Below, one piece after another: positions 1 through 10,390 of a DNA stretch of 64,000 nucleotides. The notes under the pieces were generated by a model. That model made no database searches, was not told the DNA's origin, and was given only the letters and a program-made list of their open reading frames with translations. Both the position numbers and the translations under genes were made by a program. The stretch is from Myxococcota bacterium. Its GTDB lineage: Bacteria > Myxococcota_A > UBA796 > UBA2385. Location of the stretch: positions 128,001 to 192,000 of the forward strand of contig JBIJDH010000011.1 of NCBI GenBank assembly GCA_044344255.1, given 5' to 3'. Every line of letters starts with the position of its first letter. The stretch's first letter is position 1.

Positions 1-1366
1 TGATGTTACAGTCCGCGATGGGGGCGGTCACCTTACCGTCTTCGATCAGCCAACCGTTCTTGATGTAGAAGGTGAAGTCACCGGCGCCGATCTGCACCTC
101 CCCGTTGAGGAAGGTCTCGGCGATGATGCCGTTCTTCACCGAGGCGATGATCTCCTCGCGGCTATGCGGCCCGGGCTCCATGTAGGTGCAGCGCATCCGC
201 GGCATCGGGACGTGGCGGAAGGACTCCCGGCGCCCGGAGCCGGTGGGCTCGACGCCGTAGTGCCGGGCGCTGATCTGATCGTGCAGGTAGCTCTTCAGCA
301 CCCCCTTCTCGACCAGCACTGTACGCTTGCCGGGGTTGCCCTCGTCGTCGTGGTTGAGCGCCCCACGCTCGTTCTCGCAGGTGGCGTCGTCTACGATGGT
401 GACAAAGTCAGGCGCGATGGTACGCCCCATCATGTCCGCGTAGATGCTCACCTTCTTCCGATTGAAGTCGGCCTCCATCCCGTGCCCGATGGCCTCATGG
501 AGGAGGATCCCGCTGGCGCCGGAGGCCAACACCACCGGCAGCTCTCCCGCAGGGGGGCGGCGGGCGTCAAAGAGGACCATCGTGCGATCCACGGCCTGCT
601 GCACCACGAGGGCGAGCTGAGCGTCGTCGTAGAACTCGAGCCCCCGCCGGCCGGCGAGGTTGGCGCTGTTGCTGCGCGAGACGCCGTTCTTCACCGCGGT
701 CAGGTTGACCCAGAGGCGGCTCATCGGCCGGACGTCCCGCTGGATGCGGCCGCTGAGGTCGGCCACCAGCACGCGCTGCTCGTCGTCCTGGAGGGAGACC
801 GAGACCTTGGTGATGGCAGGGTCTTTGGCGCGGGCGAGGGCGGCCGTCTTCTCCAGCAGGGGGAGCCGCTGGTCAATCCCGACGGTGGACCAGGGCACGA
901 CCACCGTGTAGAAATTCTGCTTCGGTCCGAAGGCGTAGCGAGGGGGCGCCGGGACGGGCGCGCCGGCCTTGGCGATCGCGGCCGCGGTGCGGGCCGCCGT
1001 GAGCATCGCCTCGAGGGTGAGCTCCTCGGTGTAGGCGTAGCCGACCTGATCTCCGATGACCACGCGCAGCCCGACGCCCTGGTCGACCGAGCTCGAGGCC
1101 TTGCTCACGATGCCGTCTTCGAGCGCGACCGACGTGCTGCGGCTGTGCTGAAAGTAGACATCGGCGAAGGTGGCGCCGGAGCGGCCGAGCTCGGTCATCA
1201 CTTGGCCGACCATCGCCTCATCGACGCCGAACCACTCGGCGAAGGGATCTCCCGAGAGGGCAGAGGAGGCCTGCTTGGGCGCGCAGGCCGCGAGGAAGTT
1301 GGGCATCGAGAGGGCGACCGTGCCCATGGCCATCCCCTTCAGGAGGTTGCGGCGGTTTGTCTTCAT
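1..1366 (-). CDS. tldD: TldD/PmbA family metalloprotease with Tat lipoprotein-type signal (3' end runs off the window)
   Basis: Manual translation of the minus strand from ATG 1366 gives MKTNRRNLLKGMAMGTVALSMPNFLAAC... and the TldD signature GILLHEAIGHGMEADFNRK. It is missing from the ORF track because its stop lies outside the window. Confidence 0.85.
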   Translation of the reverse strand, partial: MKTNRRNLLKGMAMGTVALSMPNFLAACAPKQASSALSGDPFAEWFGVDEAMVGQVMTELGRSGATFADVYFQHSRSTSVALEDGIVSKASSSVDQGVGLRVVIGDQVGYAYTEELTLEAMLTAARTAAAIAKAGAPVPAPPRYAFGPKQNFYTVVVPWSTVGIDQRLPLLEKTAALARAKDPAITKVSVSLQDDEQRVLVADLSGRIQRDVRPMSRLWVNLTAVKNGVSRSNSANLAGRRGLEFYDDAQLALVVQQAVDRTMVLFDARRPPAGELPVVLASGASGILLHEAIGHGMEADFNRKKVSIYADMMGRTIAPDFVTIVDDATCENERGALNHDDEGNPGKRTVLVEKGVLKSYLHDQISARHYGVEPTGSGRRESFRHVPMPRMRCTYMEPGPHSREEIIASVKNGIIAETFLNGEVQIGAGDFTFYIKNGWLIEDGKVTAPIADCNI

Positions 1367-1419
1367 CTTGTCTTCATCCAAGTTGTCTTCATCCAGGGCT
1401 CCGGAGCGCGAGACTGACA

Positions 1420-1470
1420 GAGTGACCGAACTGTGGGAGTGACCGAACTGTGGGAGTAACCGAAGTGTGG
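1420..1470. repeat. Three tandem copies of a 17-bp unit (GAGTGACCGAACTGTGG)
   Basis: Copies at 1420-1436, 1437-1453 and 1454-1470 (third has 2 mismatches); intergenic, no spacers. Confidence 0.9.
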
Positions 1471-1482
1471 GCCGCGCTCACC

Positions 1483-3942
1483 TCAGTCGGCGGCGGGCAC
1501 CAGCTTCACGCTCAGCACCGGAGCGGCGGGCCACACTCCTGCGGCGTGCTGGCGATTGTCGACCCAGTCGGGGAGCTGGTTGAGCGCGTAGGGGTGCCCG
1601 GGCTGCCCCGCGTTGCCGCCGGGGAGCACGAAGCCCGCCTCTCCGCCCGGGGTGACCACCTGGCGAAGGGCCGGCCCCGCGGTGCTCGTGTAACGGGAGA
1701 TCGCGTTGTCTTCGTCGATCGCCAGGATCGTGGTGCTGGCGCCGGGGAGCGCGAGGGGCTCGAGCCCGAACCAGGGGCGCAGCGCCCGCTTCGCGGCGAA
1801 GGGGTGGTCGAGGGTGAGGGTGTGGGCCTCGCCCCAGGTCCACCGCTCGACCGCCCCGCCGTGGGCCTCCACGAGGGCGCTCCGGGCCGCCTCCAAGGCC
1901 CAGAGGATGGCCTCCTCGCGGGTCTCGACGGCGGGTGTGCGGGGGTCATCCCAGTCGGCGCGGCCGGCCTCCGTGAAGAGCGCCGCCTCCATCGGGGCCT
2001 CGGTGAGGCGGGCGGCGACCCAGTCCTCGGCGAGGGCGGGGTCTGGGATCTGGAGGGCAGCGAGGCGCCGGTGCAGGGCCCCCCGCCAGGCCATATAGAC
2101 CAGCGCCGCGGCGCTGTCGGCCTCCATCTGGTACTCCCAAGAGAGCAGAGTGGCGACCATCGCCTGGGCCGTGTCGTCGCTCACACGACCGTCCACCGCG
2201 GAGAGGAAGACCGGCACGGCGCGGGCGGCCTCGAGGTTGACCGTGTCCATCTGAAGGCCGCGCATCTCGTCGGGGCTCCACTTCTCCTTCTTGGACAGAG
2301 CGGTCTCGATGCGCAGCGCACGATAGGGGCCCCAGAAGCGGGTGCCCGACAGGCTCACGTCGGCGAACTGCGGTTGGTTGGCGGTGACCACACGGCCGGA
2401 GGCGGGGTTGGCGAAATTCGGCCGCCGGGCGTCGAGCGGGGGCTCGCTCGGGACGGAGCTCGAGCGACCGCCGTCCCGCGGAAACGGCGACGCGGCGGCG
2501 TTGGGGAGCGCCCCGCCGAGGAGATAGCCGATGTCGCCGCTCTGGAGCGCATAGACCCAGTTCTGCGCCGGATAGGGCAGCCGGCCGATGCTGCCCACCA
2601 CCTGGGCGGGGGTGGTCGAGCGATAGAGCCCGTCAAAGGCCTCCACCAGCGGCGGTGCCTCGGGAGAGAAGCCCGGCCAGGACAGGGCGTAGATCACGCC
2701 GGGCTTGAGATCCTCCTCGCGGCCGTTGTTGTAGACCGGCCCGAAGCGGGTGCCCCGATAGACCACCTCCACCGGCGCTTCGCCCTTGATCTGAAAGACT
2801 TGTTTGACCTCGGTGAAGGGGACCTTCTGACCGTCCACGACATAGACGGAGGGGTCGGCTGGGTCGAGCTCCAAGCGATAGAGGTCTTGCACATCGGCGA
2901 AGGAGCTCGTCACCGTCCAGGCGATCGAATTGGCGCGCCCCATCACCACCATCGGCAGCCCGGGAAAGGTAGCGCCGCTGACGTCGATCTCGGGCGTTCG
3001 GAGGTGGGCCTCGTAAAAGACCGGCGGCCAGGTGAGCAGCAGGTGGGGATCGCCCACCAGGAGCGGACTCCCGGTCGTGCTGTGCGCGCCGTCGACCGCC
3101 CAGCCGTTGCTCCCCGTCATCGCCCCCTCGAAGGCCGCGGCGAAGGCCAGCGCGTCTACCGGCCGAAAGGCGCCCAGCCCCGCGGTGGGGCCCTGCGGCG
3201 GCGTCCCGGCGGCCGGACGGAGCGGCAGCCCGGCGGGCGGCGGCGGCACCTTCGGCAGCTTGGGGCGGGAGCCGGGATCGGGCTCGAGGATGGAGGCGCC
3301 GAGGGCGGGGGTGGGCACGGTGAGCCGCGCCAGCGCCTCCTCGGAGACCGTACCGCGGAGGCGGTCGCGGAGGCCCTCCTCGAGCGCGTCGTCGGAGAGG
3401 CCCCAGGCCTGCAGGCGCCCGATCGAGAGGACGTCGCGGGGGGTCCAGGCCGCGGGCTCATGCTTGAGGAGCCGGAGCTCGAGCGGCCGAGGAGTGTCCT
3501 TCATCCCCTGGTTGATCCCGGCACAATAGGCCAGGGCGCGCCGCTCCTCGGCCTCCCCCATGCTGCCCACCGCCTCGTCGAGCCCGGTGGTGAGCAGGCG
3601 GTAGCGCAGGTCGGTGGCGAGCAGGGCGGGGCCGAAGAGCTCGCTCAGCCGACCCTGAGCGACGAAGCGCAGCAGCTCGAGCTGAAAGCCTCGATCGCGG
3701 GCGTGCAGCCAGCCGAGCGCCCAGGCGGCGGCGTCCATGTCGGGGGCGCGCACATGGGGCACGCCGTCGGCGTCGAAGTCGATCTGGGCCTCGCCCCGGA
3801 GCCCGGGGGCCGTGACCCGCTCCAGGGGTTCGGGGAAGCTCCGTCGAGCGAGGCAACCAACCAACAGGAGGAGAATCAAGGTGAACCTCACCCACCCGCG
3901 AGGGTGACCGACGTGGAGCTCGCGGCCTCGGACGAGCCGCAT
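1483..3942 (-). CDS. Penicillin acylase family (Ntn-hydrolase, S45) protein
   Basis: DADGVPHV, GWLHARDR, catalytic GSNGWAV, DPHL and TANQ motifs; start codon uncertain. Confidence 0.9.
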   Translation of the reverse strand: MRLVRGRELHVGHPRGWVRFTLILLLLVGCLARRSFPEPLERVTAPGLRGEAQIDFDADGVPHVRAPDMDAAAWALGWLHARDRGFQLELLRFVAQGRLSELFGPALLATDLRYRLLTTGLDEAVGSMGEAEERRALAYCAGINQGMKDTPRPLELRLLKHEPAAWTPRDVLSIGRLQAWGLSDDALEEGLRDRLRGTVSEEALARLTVPTPALGASILEPDPGSRPKLPKVPPPPAGLPLRPAAGTPPQGPTAGLGAFRPVDALAFAAAFEGAMTGSNGWAVDGAHSTTGSPLLVGDPHLLLTWPPVFYEAHLRTPEIDVSGATFPGLPMVVMGRANSIAWTVTSSFADVQDLYRLELDPADPSVYVVDGQKVPFTEVKQVFQIKGEAPVEVVYRGTRFGPVYNNGREEDLKPGVIYALSWPGFSPEAPPLVEAFDGLYRSTTPAQVVGSIGRLPYPAQNWVYALQSGDIGYLLGGALPNAAASPFPRDGGRSSSVPSEPPLDARRPNFANPASGRVVTANQPQFADVSLSGTRFWGPYRALRIETALSKKEKWSPDEMRGLQMDTVNLEAARAVPVFLSAVDGRVSDDTAQAMVATLLSWEYQMEADSAAALVYMAWRGALHRRLAALQIPDPALAEDWVAARLTEAPMEAALFTEAGRADWDDPRTPAVETREEAILWALEAARSALVEAHGGAVERWTWGEAHTLTLDHPFAAKRALRPWFGLEPLALPGASTTILAIDEDNAISRYTSTAGPALRQVVTPGGEAGFVLPGGNAGQPGHPYALNQLPDWVDNRQHAAGVWPAAPVLSVKLVPAAD

Positions 3943-4100
3943 CCTACCGCGAGGCGCACGGAGGCGCGGTTGGACGCGCGGTGAGGCGCGCGGGCGACCC
4001 AGAGGGCGGCGAAGCGGGGCGCGCCAGTTAGCCTCATCTCCCTCCCGCTGATCTCCTCGCTCCTCATCTCTCCCCCCTCACGCCCGGCCGGATAACCCCG

Positions 4101-5849
4101 ATGTCGCCCTCCGCGGCCGCCCAGCGCGGCCTGGTCTCGAGCCTGCTGCTCGCGCTGCTCCCCGTCGCGGTCGCCGCCGAGCCTGCGGCCTCCGCCGAGC
4201 CCGTGGTCCCCGCCGAGGTGGCCGCCCTCCCGCTGCCGACCGCCTCGATCTCCTGGTCGACCCAGCGGTCGGGCTCTGGGCGGGATGGGATCGCCGCCCT
4301 GCACATCCACCCGCCACCGGGAGAGCACATCGGCCTGGACGCCCCCGTGCGGGTCGCGCTCTCGGTGGGCACCGTCGAGCAGGAGATCGTGGCCACGGGC
4401 GCCCTGCTCTCCCGGGGCCTGCTCTTCGCCGCCCCCCACGCCGACGTGCCGGTGCAGGCCGGGCTCACCCTCTCGCTCTGCGCCGACCAGGGCAGCAGCT
4501 GCCGGGTCGTGAGCGTGCGCGTACAAGGCGAGTTCCCCAGTGAGAAGAGAGGCCAGGGCTACGCCCTCGACGTGCTGCCCCCCGCCCCGGCGGCCTCCTC
4601 GGCCCACGCCCCGGCCCCGCTGGACGCGGTCTTCGCCCGGGCGAGGACCGAGAAGAAGCCCGTGCTCCTCGACTTCACCGCGGTCTGGTGCCCCCCCTGC
4701 CAGCAGCTCCGCGCCGAGGTCCTCGAAGACCCCGCCGACGCCCCGGAGCTGGCCGGGGTGCTGGTGGCGGCGGTCGACGTGGACCGGCCGGAGAGCTGGA
4801 CGGTGAAGGACCGCTACAAGGTCGGCGGGTACCCCACCCTGGTGCTCGTCGACGCCGATGGGCAAGAGATCGATCGCACCGTGGGCTACAACGGCGAGGC
4901 CGACTTTAAGGCCTGGCTGAGCGAGGCGGTGGGCGGCTCGCGACGCCTCAGCGCCCTCCCCGCACCGGAGAGCCTCGGCGCCCCGGAGGCCCTGGCCCTG
5001 GCCCGACGCCTCGCCCAGGTAGAGCGCCCGATCGAGGCCGGCGCCTACCTCACCCGCGCCGAGACCGTGGGGAAGGCCGAGGTCGAGCCCACCTTCGACT
5101 ACCACCTCACCCGCCTGCTCCTCCGCGACGAGCCGGTCGACGCCGCCTGGCTCGCCGCGCACGCGCCGCCGGAGCAGATCGGGGCTTGGATCTGGCCGGC
5201 GGTGCAGCTCCGCGAGCGCGACCCCGGCCTCGTCGAGCCGCTGCGGGCCGCGATCATCGGCGCCCTGCCCGTCGCCCCGGCCGCCCAGGCCGCCGACCTC
5301 GCCCAAGTCCTCGGCGATCTCGCGCCCGCCTCCGCCCCCGACGAAAAGCGGGCCTGGTACGGGGTAGCGATCCAGCTCACCCGCGCGCGGTTGACCGGCG
5401 ATCCGGCCCACGATCGCGGCTTCTGGGCCGGGCTCATCGACACCCACCTCGGGGCGGGCGACCCCGCTGGCGCGCGCCAGCTCCTCGACCAGGCGATCGA
5501 GGCCTACCCCGAGGAGTTCACCTGGCACCACAGCCTGGCCGGCCAGCTCCTCGAGCAGGGCAAGCCCGCCGAGGCCCGCGCCGAGGCCGAGCTCGCTTAT
5601 CGGTACGGCTACGGCGACAACCGGCTCCGCGCCGCCGAGCGCCTCGCCCGGGCCCGCGCCCAGGCCGGCGACAAGGCCGGCGCGCTGGCCTTCATCGACG
5701 AGGTCCTGCAGTCGAACCCGCGCCCACCGGCCGAGCTCCAGGTGCGGACCGGGCGGTACCTCGACAAGCTCCAGGCGCTGAAGGCGGAGCTGAGCGCGCC
5801 GCCTCCACCGCCGGCCGCGCCCTCGCCACCCAAGGGGAAGAAGCGCTGA
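4101..5849 (+). CDS. Exported thioredoxin-domain protein with TPR-like helical C-terminus
   Basis: Signal peptide; KPVLLDFTAVWCPPC and GYPTLV thioredoxin motifs. Confidence 0.8.
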   Translation: MSPSAAAQRGLVSSLLLALLPVAVAAEPAASAEPVVPAEVAALPLPTASISWSTQRSGSGRDGIAALHIHPPPGEHIGLDAPVRVALSVGTVEQEIVATGALLSRGLLFAAPHADVPVQAGLTLSLCADQGSSCRVVSVRVQGEFPSEKRGQGYALDVLPPAPAASSAHAPAPLDAVFARARTEKKPVLLDFTAVWCPPCQQLRAEVLEDPADAPELAGVLVAAVDVDRPESWTVKDRYKVGGYPTLVLVDADGQEIDRTVGYNGEADFKAWLSEAVGGSRRLSALPAPESLGAPEALALARRLAQVERPIEAGAYLTRAETVGKAEVEPTFDYHLTRLLLRDEPVDAAWLAAHAPPEQIGAWIWPAVQLRERDPGLVEPLRAAIIGALPVAPAAQAADLAQVLGDLAPASAPDEKRAWYGVAIQLTRARLTGDPAHDRGFWAGLIDTHLGAGDPAGARQLLDQAIEAYPEEFTWHHSLAGQLLEQGKPAEARAEAELAYRYGYGDNRLRAAERLARARAQAGDKAGALAFIDEVLQSNPRPPAELQVRTGRYLDKLQALKAELSAPPPPPAAPSPPKGKKR

Positions 5850-5950
5850 TGATCTCCGACGAGGGGCCCCGACCCCAGAATTGTGGGGGCCCCTCCAACA
5901 GAACCTACCTCCGTCGCGACAAGCGGCGCGCGAGGGGATAGGCCCCGGCC

Positions 5951-6661
5951 ATGGCCGATCTCATCCTCATCGTCGAAGACGAGGCCGACCTCGTGGAGGC
6001 CCTGTCCTGGTCCTTCCAACGGGAGGGCTTCCTCGTGCGGACCGCCAGCACGGGCCAGTCGGCCCTGCTCGCCGCGGCGCAGGATCCCCTGCCTGACCTC
6101 ATCCTCTTGGACCTCATGCTGCCCGACCTCTCGGGCACCGAGGTCTGCCGCCGCCTGAAGTCGGCGCCGCGCACCGAGCGCATCCCGGTGATCATGGTCA
6201 CGGCGCGCGGCGAAGAGATCGACCGGGTCGTGGGCTTCGAGGTCGGCGCCGACGACTACGTGGTCAAGCCCTTCAGCGCGCGGGAGCTCGTGCTCCGGGC
6301 CCGCGCGGTGCTCCGACGGGCCCGCCCGGTCGAGGAAGAGCCCGGCGCCGAGGGCCCCATCACCTTCGGGATCTTGCGGGTCGACCACGCCGCCCACCGC
6401 GTCTGGGTGGGCGAAGAGGAGGCCCAGCTCACCGCGCTCGAGTTCCGCCTGCTCGAGTCCTTCCTGCAGCGTCGGGGGCGGGTGCAGTCGCGAGAGCAGC
6501 TCCTCGAGGCCGCCTGGGGAGAGCCCGAAGACGTCACCGTGCGGACGGTGGACACCCACGTCAAGCGGCTGCGCCAGAAGATCGGGGCCGCCGGGGACTA
6601 CATCGAGACCCTGCGGGGCGTCGGCTACCGCTTCCGGTCTCGGCCGGAAGAGGCGCGATGA
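5951..6661 (+). CDS. phoB: OmpR/PhoB family response regulator (PhoB-like)
   Basis: Receiver domain (IVEDE, LDLMLP, GADDYVVKPFS) plus winged helix (RTVDTHVKRLRQK, ETLRGVGYRF); coupled to a PhoR-like kinase. Confidence 0.75.
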   Translation: MADLILIVEDEADLVEALSWSFQREGFLVRTASTGQSALLAAAQDPLPDLILLDLMLPDLSGTEVCRRLKSAPRTERIPVIMVTARGEEIDRVVGFEVGADDYVVKPFSARELVLRARAVLRRARPVEEEPGAEGPITFGILRVDHAAHRVWVGEEEAQLTALEFRLLESFLQRRGRVQSREQLLEAAWGEPEDVTVRTVDTHVKRLRQKIGAAGDYIETLRGVGYRFRSRPEEAR

Positions 6662-8112
6662 GGCCAGGGCTCCAAGCCCGCCTCTTCGTGGTGTCCCTCG
6701 CGGTGATCACCGCCCTCGCCTGGATCGGGGGCTGGTGGCTGAGCGAGCTGCTGGGCGCCGTCGCGGCCGACCCTGCCTCCCTCAGCGAGGCCCGGCTCCG
6801 GCTCGTCTGGGCGGCGCTCGCGGCGGCCATCCCGGCCCTGCTGCTGGCCGCCACGACCGCCGGCGTCACGAGCTGGGCCATCTCCCGCGACGTCCGGACC
6901 CTGCTCGACCACGCCCGCGCCACCGCGGCCGGCGACCGGGTGACGGTGCTGCCCATCTTCTCGGAGAGCTCCGACCTCGCGGGGGTCGTCGGCTCCGTTC
7001 AGCACCTGTCCTCCGATCTCGCGCGCACGGTCGAGGACCTCGCGGTAGCCCGAGACCGCTTCCAGGCCGTGCTCGAGCGGATGGACGAGGCGGTGTTGGC
7101 GCTCGATCCAGGCGGGAAGCTCGTGGTGGTCAACCGCGCGGGGCTCGACCTGCTCGGCCTCATCCGCGCCCCCCAAGGCGCGACCCTCCTCGAGGTGGTG
7201 CGCTTCCCCGACCTCGACGCGCTCGTCGAGAAGGCCCGCGCCGGCAAGACCGCCTCCGTGGAATTCGACCTCCGATCGGCCGATCGGCGGATCACGGTGC
7301 TCGCCCGCGCGGCCCCCTTGAGCGGCGGCGGCTGTGTCGCCCTGCTCCGCGACGTCACCGAGGTGCGGCGCCTCGAGACCATCCGCCGCGACTTCGTCGC
7401 CAATGTCTCCCACGAGCTCCGCACGCCGGTCAGCATCATCCGCAGCAGCGCCGAGGCCCTCCAAGACGGTGGGATCACCGATCCGGTCTACGGGCCGCGC
7501 TTCGCGCTCGCCATCCACCGCCAGAGCGAGCGGCTCGGCGCCCTGCTCAACGACCTGCTCACCCTCTCCCGGCTGGAGGCCGGCGGCTACGCCCTGGAGG
7601 CCGAGCCCGTGCGCCTCCTGCCCCTCGCCCTGCAGGTCGAGGACCTCCTCCAGCCGCGGCTCCGGGCCCGAGGCCACCCGGTCCACATCACGCTCTCCGA
7701 CCCGCTCTGGGTGCTCGCCGACGCCGTGGCCCTCTCGCAGGTGCTGCTCAACCTCGTAGACAACGCGGCAAAATACACCCCCGAGGGCAGCACCATCGTG
7801 ATCCGCCTCGGGGCAGCGCGGCGCGGGCAGCTCCGGGTGGAGGTGGCCGACGATGGGCCAGGGATCCCGCTCATGCACCGCTCTCGGCTCTTCGAGCGCT
7901 TCTACCGGATCGATCCCGGACGCTCCCGCGACATGGGGGGCACCGGCCTCGGCCTGTCGATCGTAAAGCACCTCGTCGAGGCGATGGGCGGCGAGGTGGG
8001 GATGGCGCCGAATGAGCCGCGGGGATCGGTCTTCTGGATCAGCCTCCCCCTCGCCCCTCCGCATGCTGAGACGGACGGATTAGAGAGCGCCTCCGCGTCG
8101 GAGCCCGCTTGA
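6658..8112 (+). CDS. phoR: PAS-domain sensor histidine kinase (PhoR-like)
   Basis: Two TM segments, PAS-like region, H-box DFVANVSHELRTP, NLVDNAAKY, FERFYR, GGTGLGLSIVKH; ATGA overlap with the regulator. Confidence 0.75.
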   Translation: MRPGLQARLFVVSLAVITALAWIGGWWLSELLGAVAADPASLSEARLRLVWAALAAAIPALLLAATTAGVTSWAISRDVRTLLDHARATAAGDRVTVLPIFSESSDLAGVVGSVQHLSSDLARTVEDLAVARDRFQAVLERMDEAVLALDPGGKLVVVNRAGLDLLGLIRAPQGATLLEVVRFPDLDALVEKARAGKTASVEFDLRSADRRITVLARAAPLSGGGCVALLRDVTEVRRLETIRRDFVANVSHELRTPVSIIRSSAEALQDGGITDPVYGPRFALAIHRQSERLGALLNDLLTLSRLEAGGYALEAEPVRLLPLALQVEDLLQPRLRARGHPVHITLSDPLWVLADAVALSQVLLNLVDNAAKYTPEGSTIVIRLGAARRGQLRVEVADDGPGIPLMHRSRLFERFYRIDPGRSRDMGGTGLGLSIVKHLVEAMGGEVGMAPNEPRGSVFWISLPLAPPHAETDGLESASASEPA

Positions 8113-8212
8113 TCCGTCCCCATCTCCCACAGGCGCCCGCTCGGGCCTGCTCTTGTCCTGGGTCCCCCTCCCCGTGCGTGCCGGGCCCCCCCCTGAGCCC
8201 CCGGGTGCGCCG

Positions 8213-9094
8213 ATGAGCGAGCCCCTGCGCCCGAGCGGCGGCAGCTTGCACCGCGGGCTGATCGGTGGTGGCGCAGTGCGATGGATCGCGGTCGAGGCCC
8301 GCGGGCTCGCGGCGGAGCTGCGGGAGCGCCACGCACTTGACCGCACCGCGGCCGCCCTCGCCGCGGAGGGGGTGGTCGCCACCCTGCTGATGAGCGCCTG
8401 GATCAAGGGAGAGGAGAGGATCACCCTCCAGATCCAGGGGGAGAGCCCCGCCCTCTCCTTCGTCGCCGACGCCGACGGCCAGGGCGGCCTCCGGGGCCGC
8501 TTCTTCCCCCCCACGCTGCCGGTCGGCCATCGGGCGGTCAGCGGGATGCTCCTCGCTATCAAGTCGGACCGCGACAAGGAGCTCTATCGGAGCGTGGCGC
8601 GCCTCCACCACCAGACCCTCGAGGCAGCCCTCTCGGCGCACCTCTCGGAGTCCGATCAAGTCGAGGCCATCCTCCACATCGGGGCTGAGCTCGACGAGGC
8701 CGGTGAGCTCACGTTCGTCGGCGGTGTCCTCCTCGAGCGTCTGCCGACCGACCCCTCCGCCCCCTCGATCAGCCCCGCCGAGTTCATCTCCACCTACGGG
8801 CCGCTCCGCGCCGAGCGCGCCGCCGACCTCCTCACCGGCATCGCCCTCGGCAGCCTGCTCGGCCAGCCGGTGGAGCTCCTCGAGAGCCGCGAGCTCGTCT
8901 GGCGATGCTCCTGCTCCTTGGAGCGGGTGGAGGCCATGCTCCAAGGCCTCGGGGAGGCCGAGCTGGTCGCGATGCAAGAAGAAGACGGCCAGGCGGAGGT
9001 GATCTGCCACTTCTGCAACGTCGCCTATGTCGTGGATCATGCACGGCTGGGCGAGCTGATCGTCTCTCGTCACCGTGCTGTCACAGAGGCGTGA
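8213..9094 (+). CDS. hslO: Hsp33 family redox-regulated chaperone
   Basis: C-terminal zinc centre CSCS...CHFC; ITLQIQG motif. Confidence 0.85.
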   Translation: MSEPLRPSGGSLHRGLIGGGAVRWIAVEARGLAAELRERHALDRTAAALAAEGVVATLLMSAWIKGEERITLQIQGESPALSFVADADGQGGLRGRFFPPTLPVGHRAVSGMLLAIKSDRDKELYRSVARLHHQTLEAALSAHLSESDQVEAILHIGAELDEAGELTFVGGVLLERLPTDPSAPSISPAEFISTYGPLRAERAADLLTGIALGSLLGQPVELLESRELVWRCSCSLERVEAMLQGLGEAELVAMQEEDGQAEVICHFCNVAYVVDHARLGELIVSRHRAVTEA

Positions 9095-9095
9095 C
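9067..9095 (+). promoter_or_regulatory. Putative Pho-box-like direct repeats upstream of the porin gene
   Basis: TCGTCAC-N4-CTGTCAC-N4-GCGTGAC (11-bp period), similar to the E. coli Pho box half-site CTGTCA(T/C); CATAAT at 9115-9120. Confidence 0.45.
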
Positions 9096-9190
9096 CGTCC
9101 CGAGACGTCGCCGACATAATGCTGACTCGCCGGCGACCCTTCCTCCTGTCACCCAATTCTGGAGCCACCTTGCTGAATCACCGCTTCACG

Positions 9191-10390
9191 ATGCTAATGG
9201 GCGCAGCCGCCCTCCTCGCCCTCCCGGCCCCCGCCTTCGCCAAGCGGGAGGGCAAGCGCCACAAGAAGGAGGAGCAGAAGGAAGAGGGCAACGGCAATGT
9301 CGGCTACGACAACGGGATGGTGGTGAAGTCGGCGAGCGGCCGCAGCGCGATCAAGTTCAACGTCCGGCTGCAGGACCGGCTCGAGTACTCGATGACGGAG
9401 ATCGAGGACGTCGACGACGACCTCCAGCCCGATCCGACCCTCGCCTTCTCCGTGCCCCGCGTTCGCCTCGAGGCCCAGGGCAACATCTGGCAGGAGGCCT
9501 GGCACTACGAGGTCGTGACCGACTTCGGGAAGGGCGGGGCCACGCTCAAGGACGGCTTCATCGACTACAATTTCAAGGGCCAGGGCCGGGTGCGGGTGGG
9601 GCAGTTCAAGCGGCCCTTCTCGCGTCAGCAGCTCACGGGCGACTGGAAGCTCGACCAGGTGGATCGCGCCATCACCGACAAGTTCTTCGGCTGCGGGCGC
9701 GACATCGGCATCATGCTCCACGACAACTACACGAAGTCTCCGCCCTTCGAGTGGGCCCTCGGCGTCTTCAACGGCACCGGCGAGACCACCATCACCACGG
9801 TGAGCGTCGATCCCACCACCGGGGCGGGCACCGCCTCGAGCACCAACGTGCCGAGCCACATGCACCCGCTGGTGGTCGGCCGTGTCGGCTACAACACCAA
9901 GGGCTTCGAAGGCTACGACGACGTCGACTTCAAGAGCAGCCAGGGCGTGGGCGTGGGCCTCAATGTCCTCACCGACCTCAACACCGACCGCACCAAGCTC
10001 CAGGAGGTCACCGAGACGGGCAACGACGGCCGGATGCAGATCGGCGCCGACGCGATGGGCAAGGTGAACGGCATCACCGCGAGCGCGGGCTACTTCATGG
10101 AGCGCCGCCAGAAGGCAGACAAGGACTCCTGGAGCGAGCAGGAGCCCTACGCCAACGGCTTCTACGGGCAGATCAACTACCTGCTCGCCGACACCGTCGC
10201 GCCGGCCTTCCGCTACGCCACGGTGATGCCGGACGCCGACGACTCGAACCAGAGTGAGATCACCGCCGGCGTGGGCGTCTACCTGAAGGAGCACACCGTG
10301 GCGATCAACGCGGACTATTCCCGACTGAGCGACGAGGCCGCCAAGTCCGACACCGACCGCTTGCGCCTCCAGCTCGGCCTCCAGTTCTGA
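9191..10390 (+). CDS. Phosphate-selective porin (OprO/OprP-like) outer membrane protein
   Basis: Signal peptide; LKDGFIDY, VGQFKRPFS, DRA and GRDIG motifs; C-terminal Phe; near phoBR. Start could be 9119-9197. Confidence 0.75.
   Translation: MLMGAAALLALPAPAFAKREGKRHKKEEQKEEGNGNVGYDNGMVVKSASGRSAIKFNVRLQDRLEYSMTEIEDVDDDLQPDPTLAFSVPRVRLEAQGNIWQEAWHYEVVTDFGKGGATLKDGFIDYNFKGQGRVRVGQFKRPFSRQQLTGDWKLDQVDRAITDKFFGCGRDIGIMLHDNYTKSPPFEWALGVFNGTGETTITTVSVDPTTGAGTASSTNVPSHMHPLVVGRVGYNTKGFEGYDDVDFKSSQGVGVGLNVLTDLNTDRTKLQEVTETGNDGRMQIGADAMGKVNGITASAGYFMERRQKADKDSWSEQEPYANGFYGQINYLLADTVAPAFRYATVMPDADDSNQSEITAGVGVYLKEHTVAINADYSRLSDEAAKSDTDRLRLQLGLQF

Noticed and set aside
1420..1470. CRISPR array (also considered for 61171-61218 and 25687-25757)
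   Set aside because: Units are directly adjacent with no spacers, are too short, and no cas genes are present.
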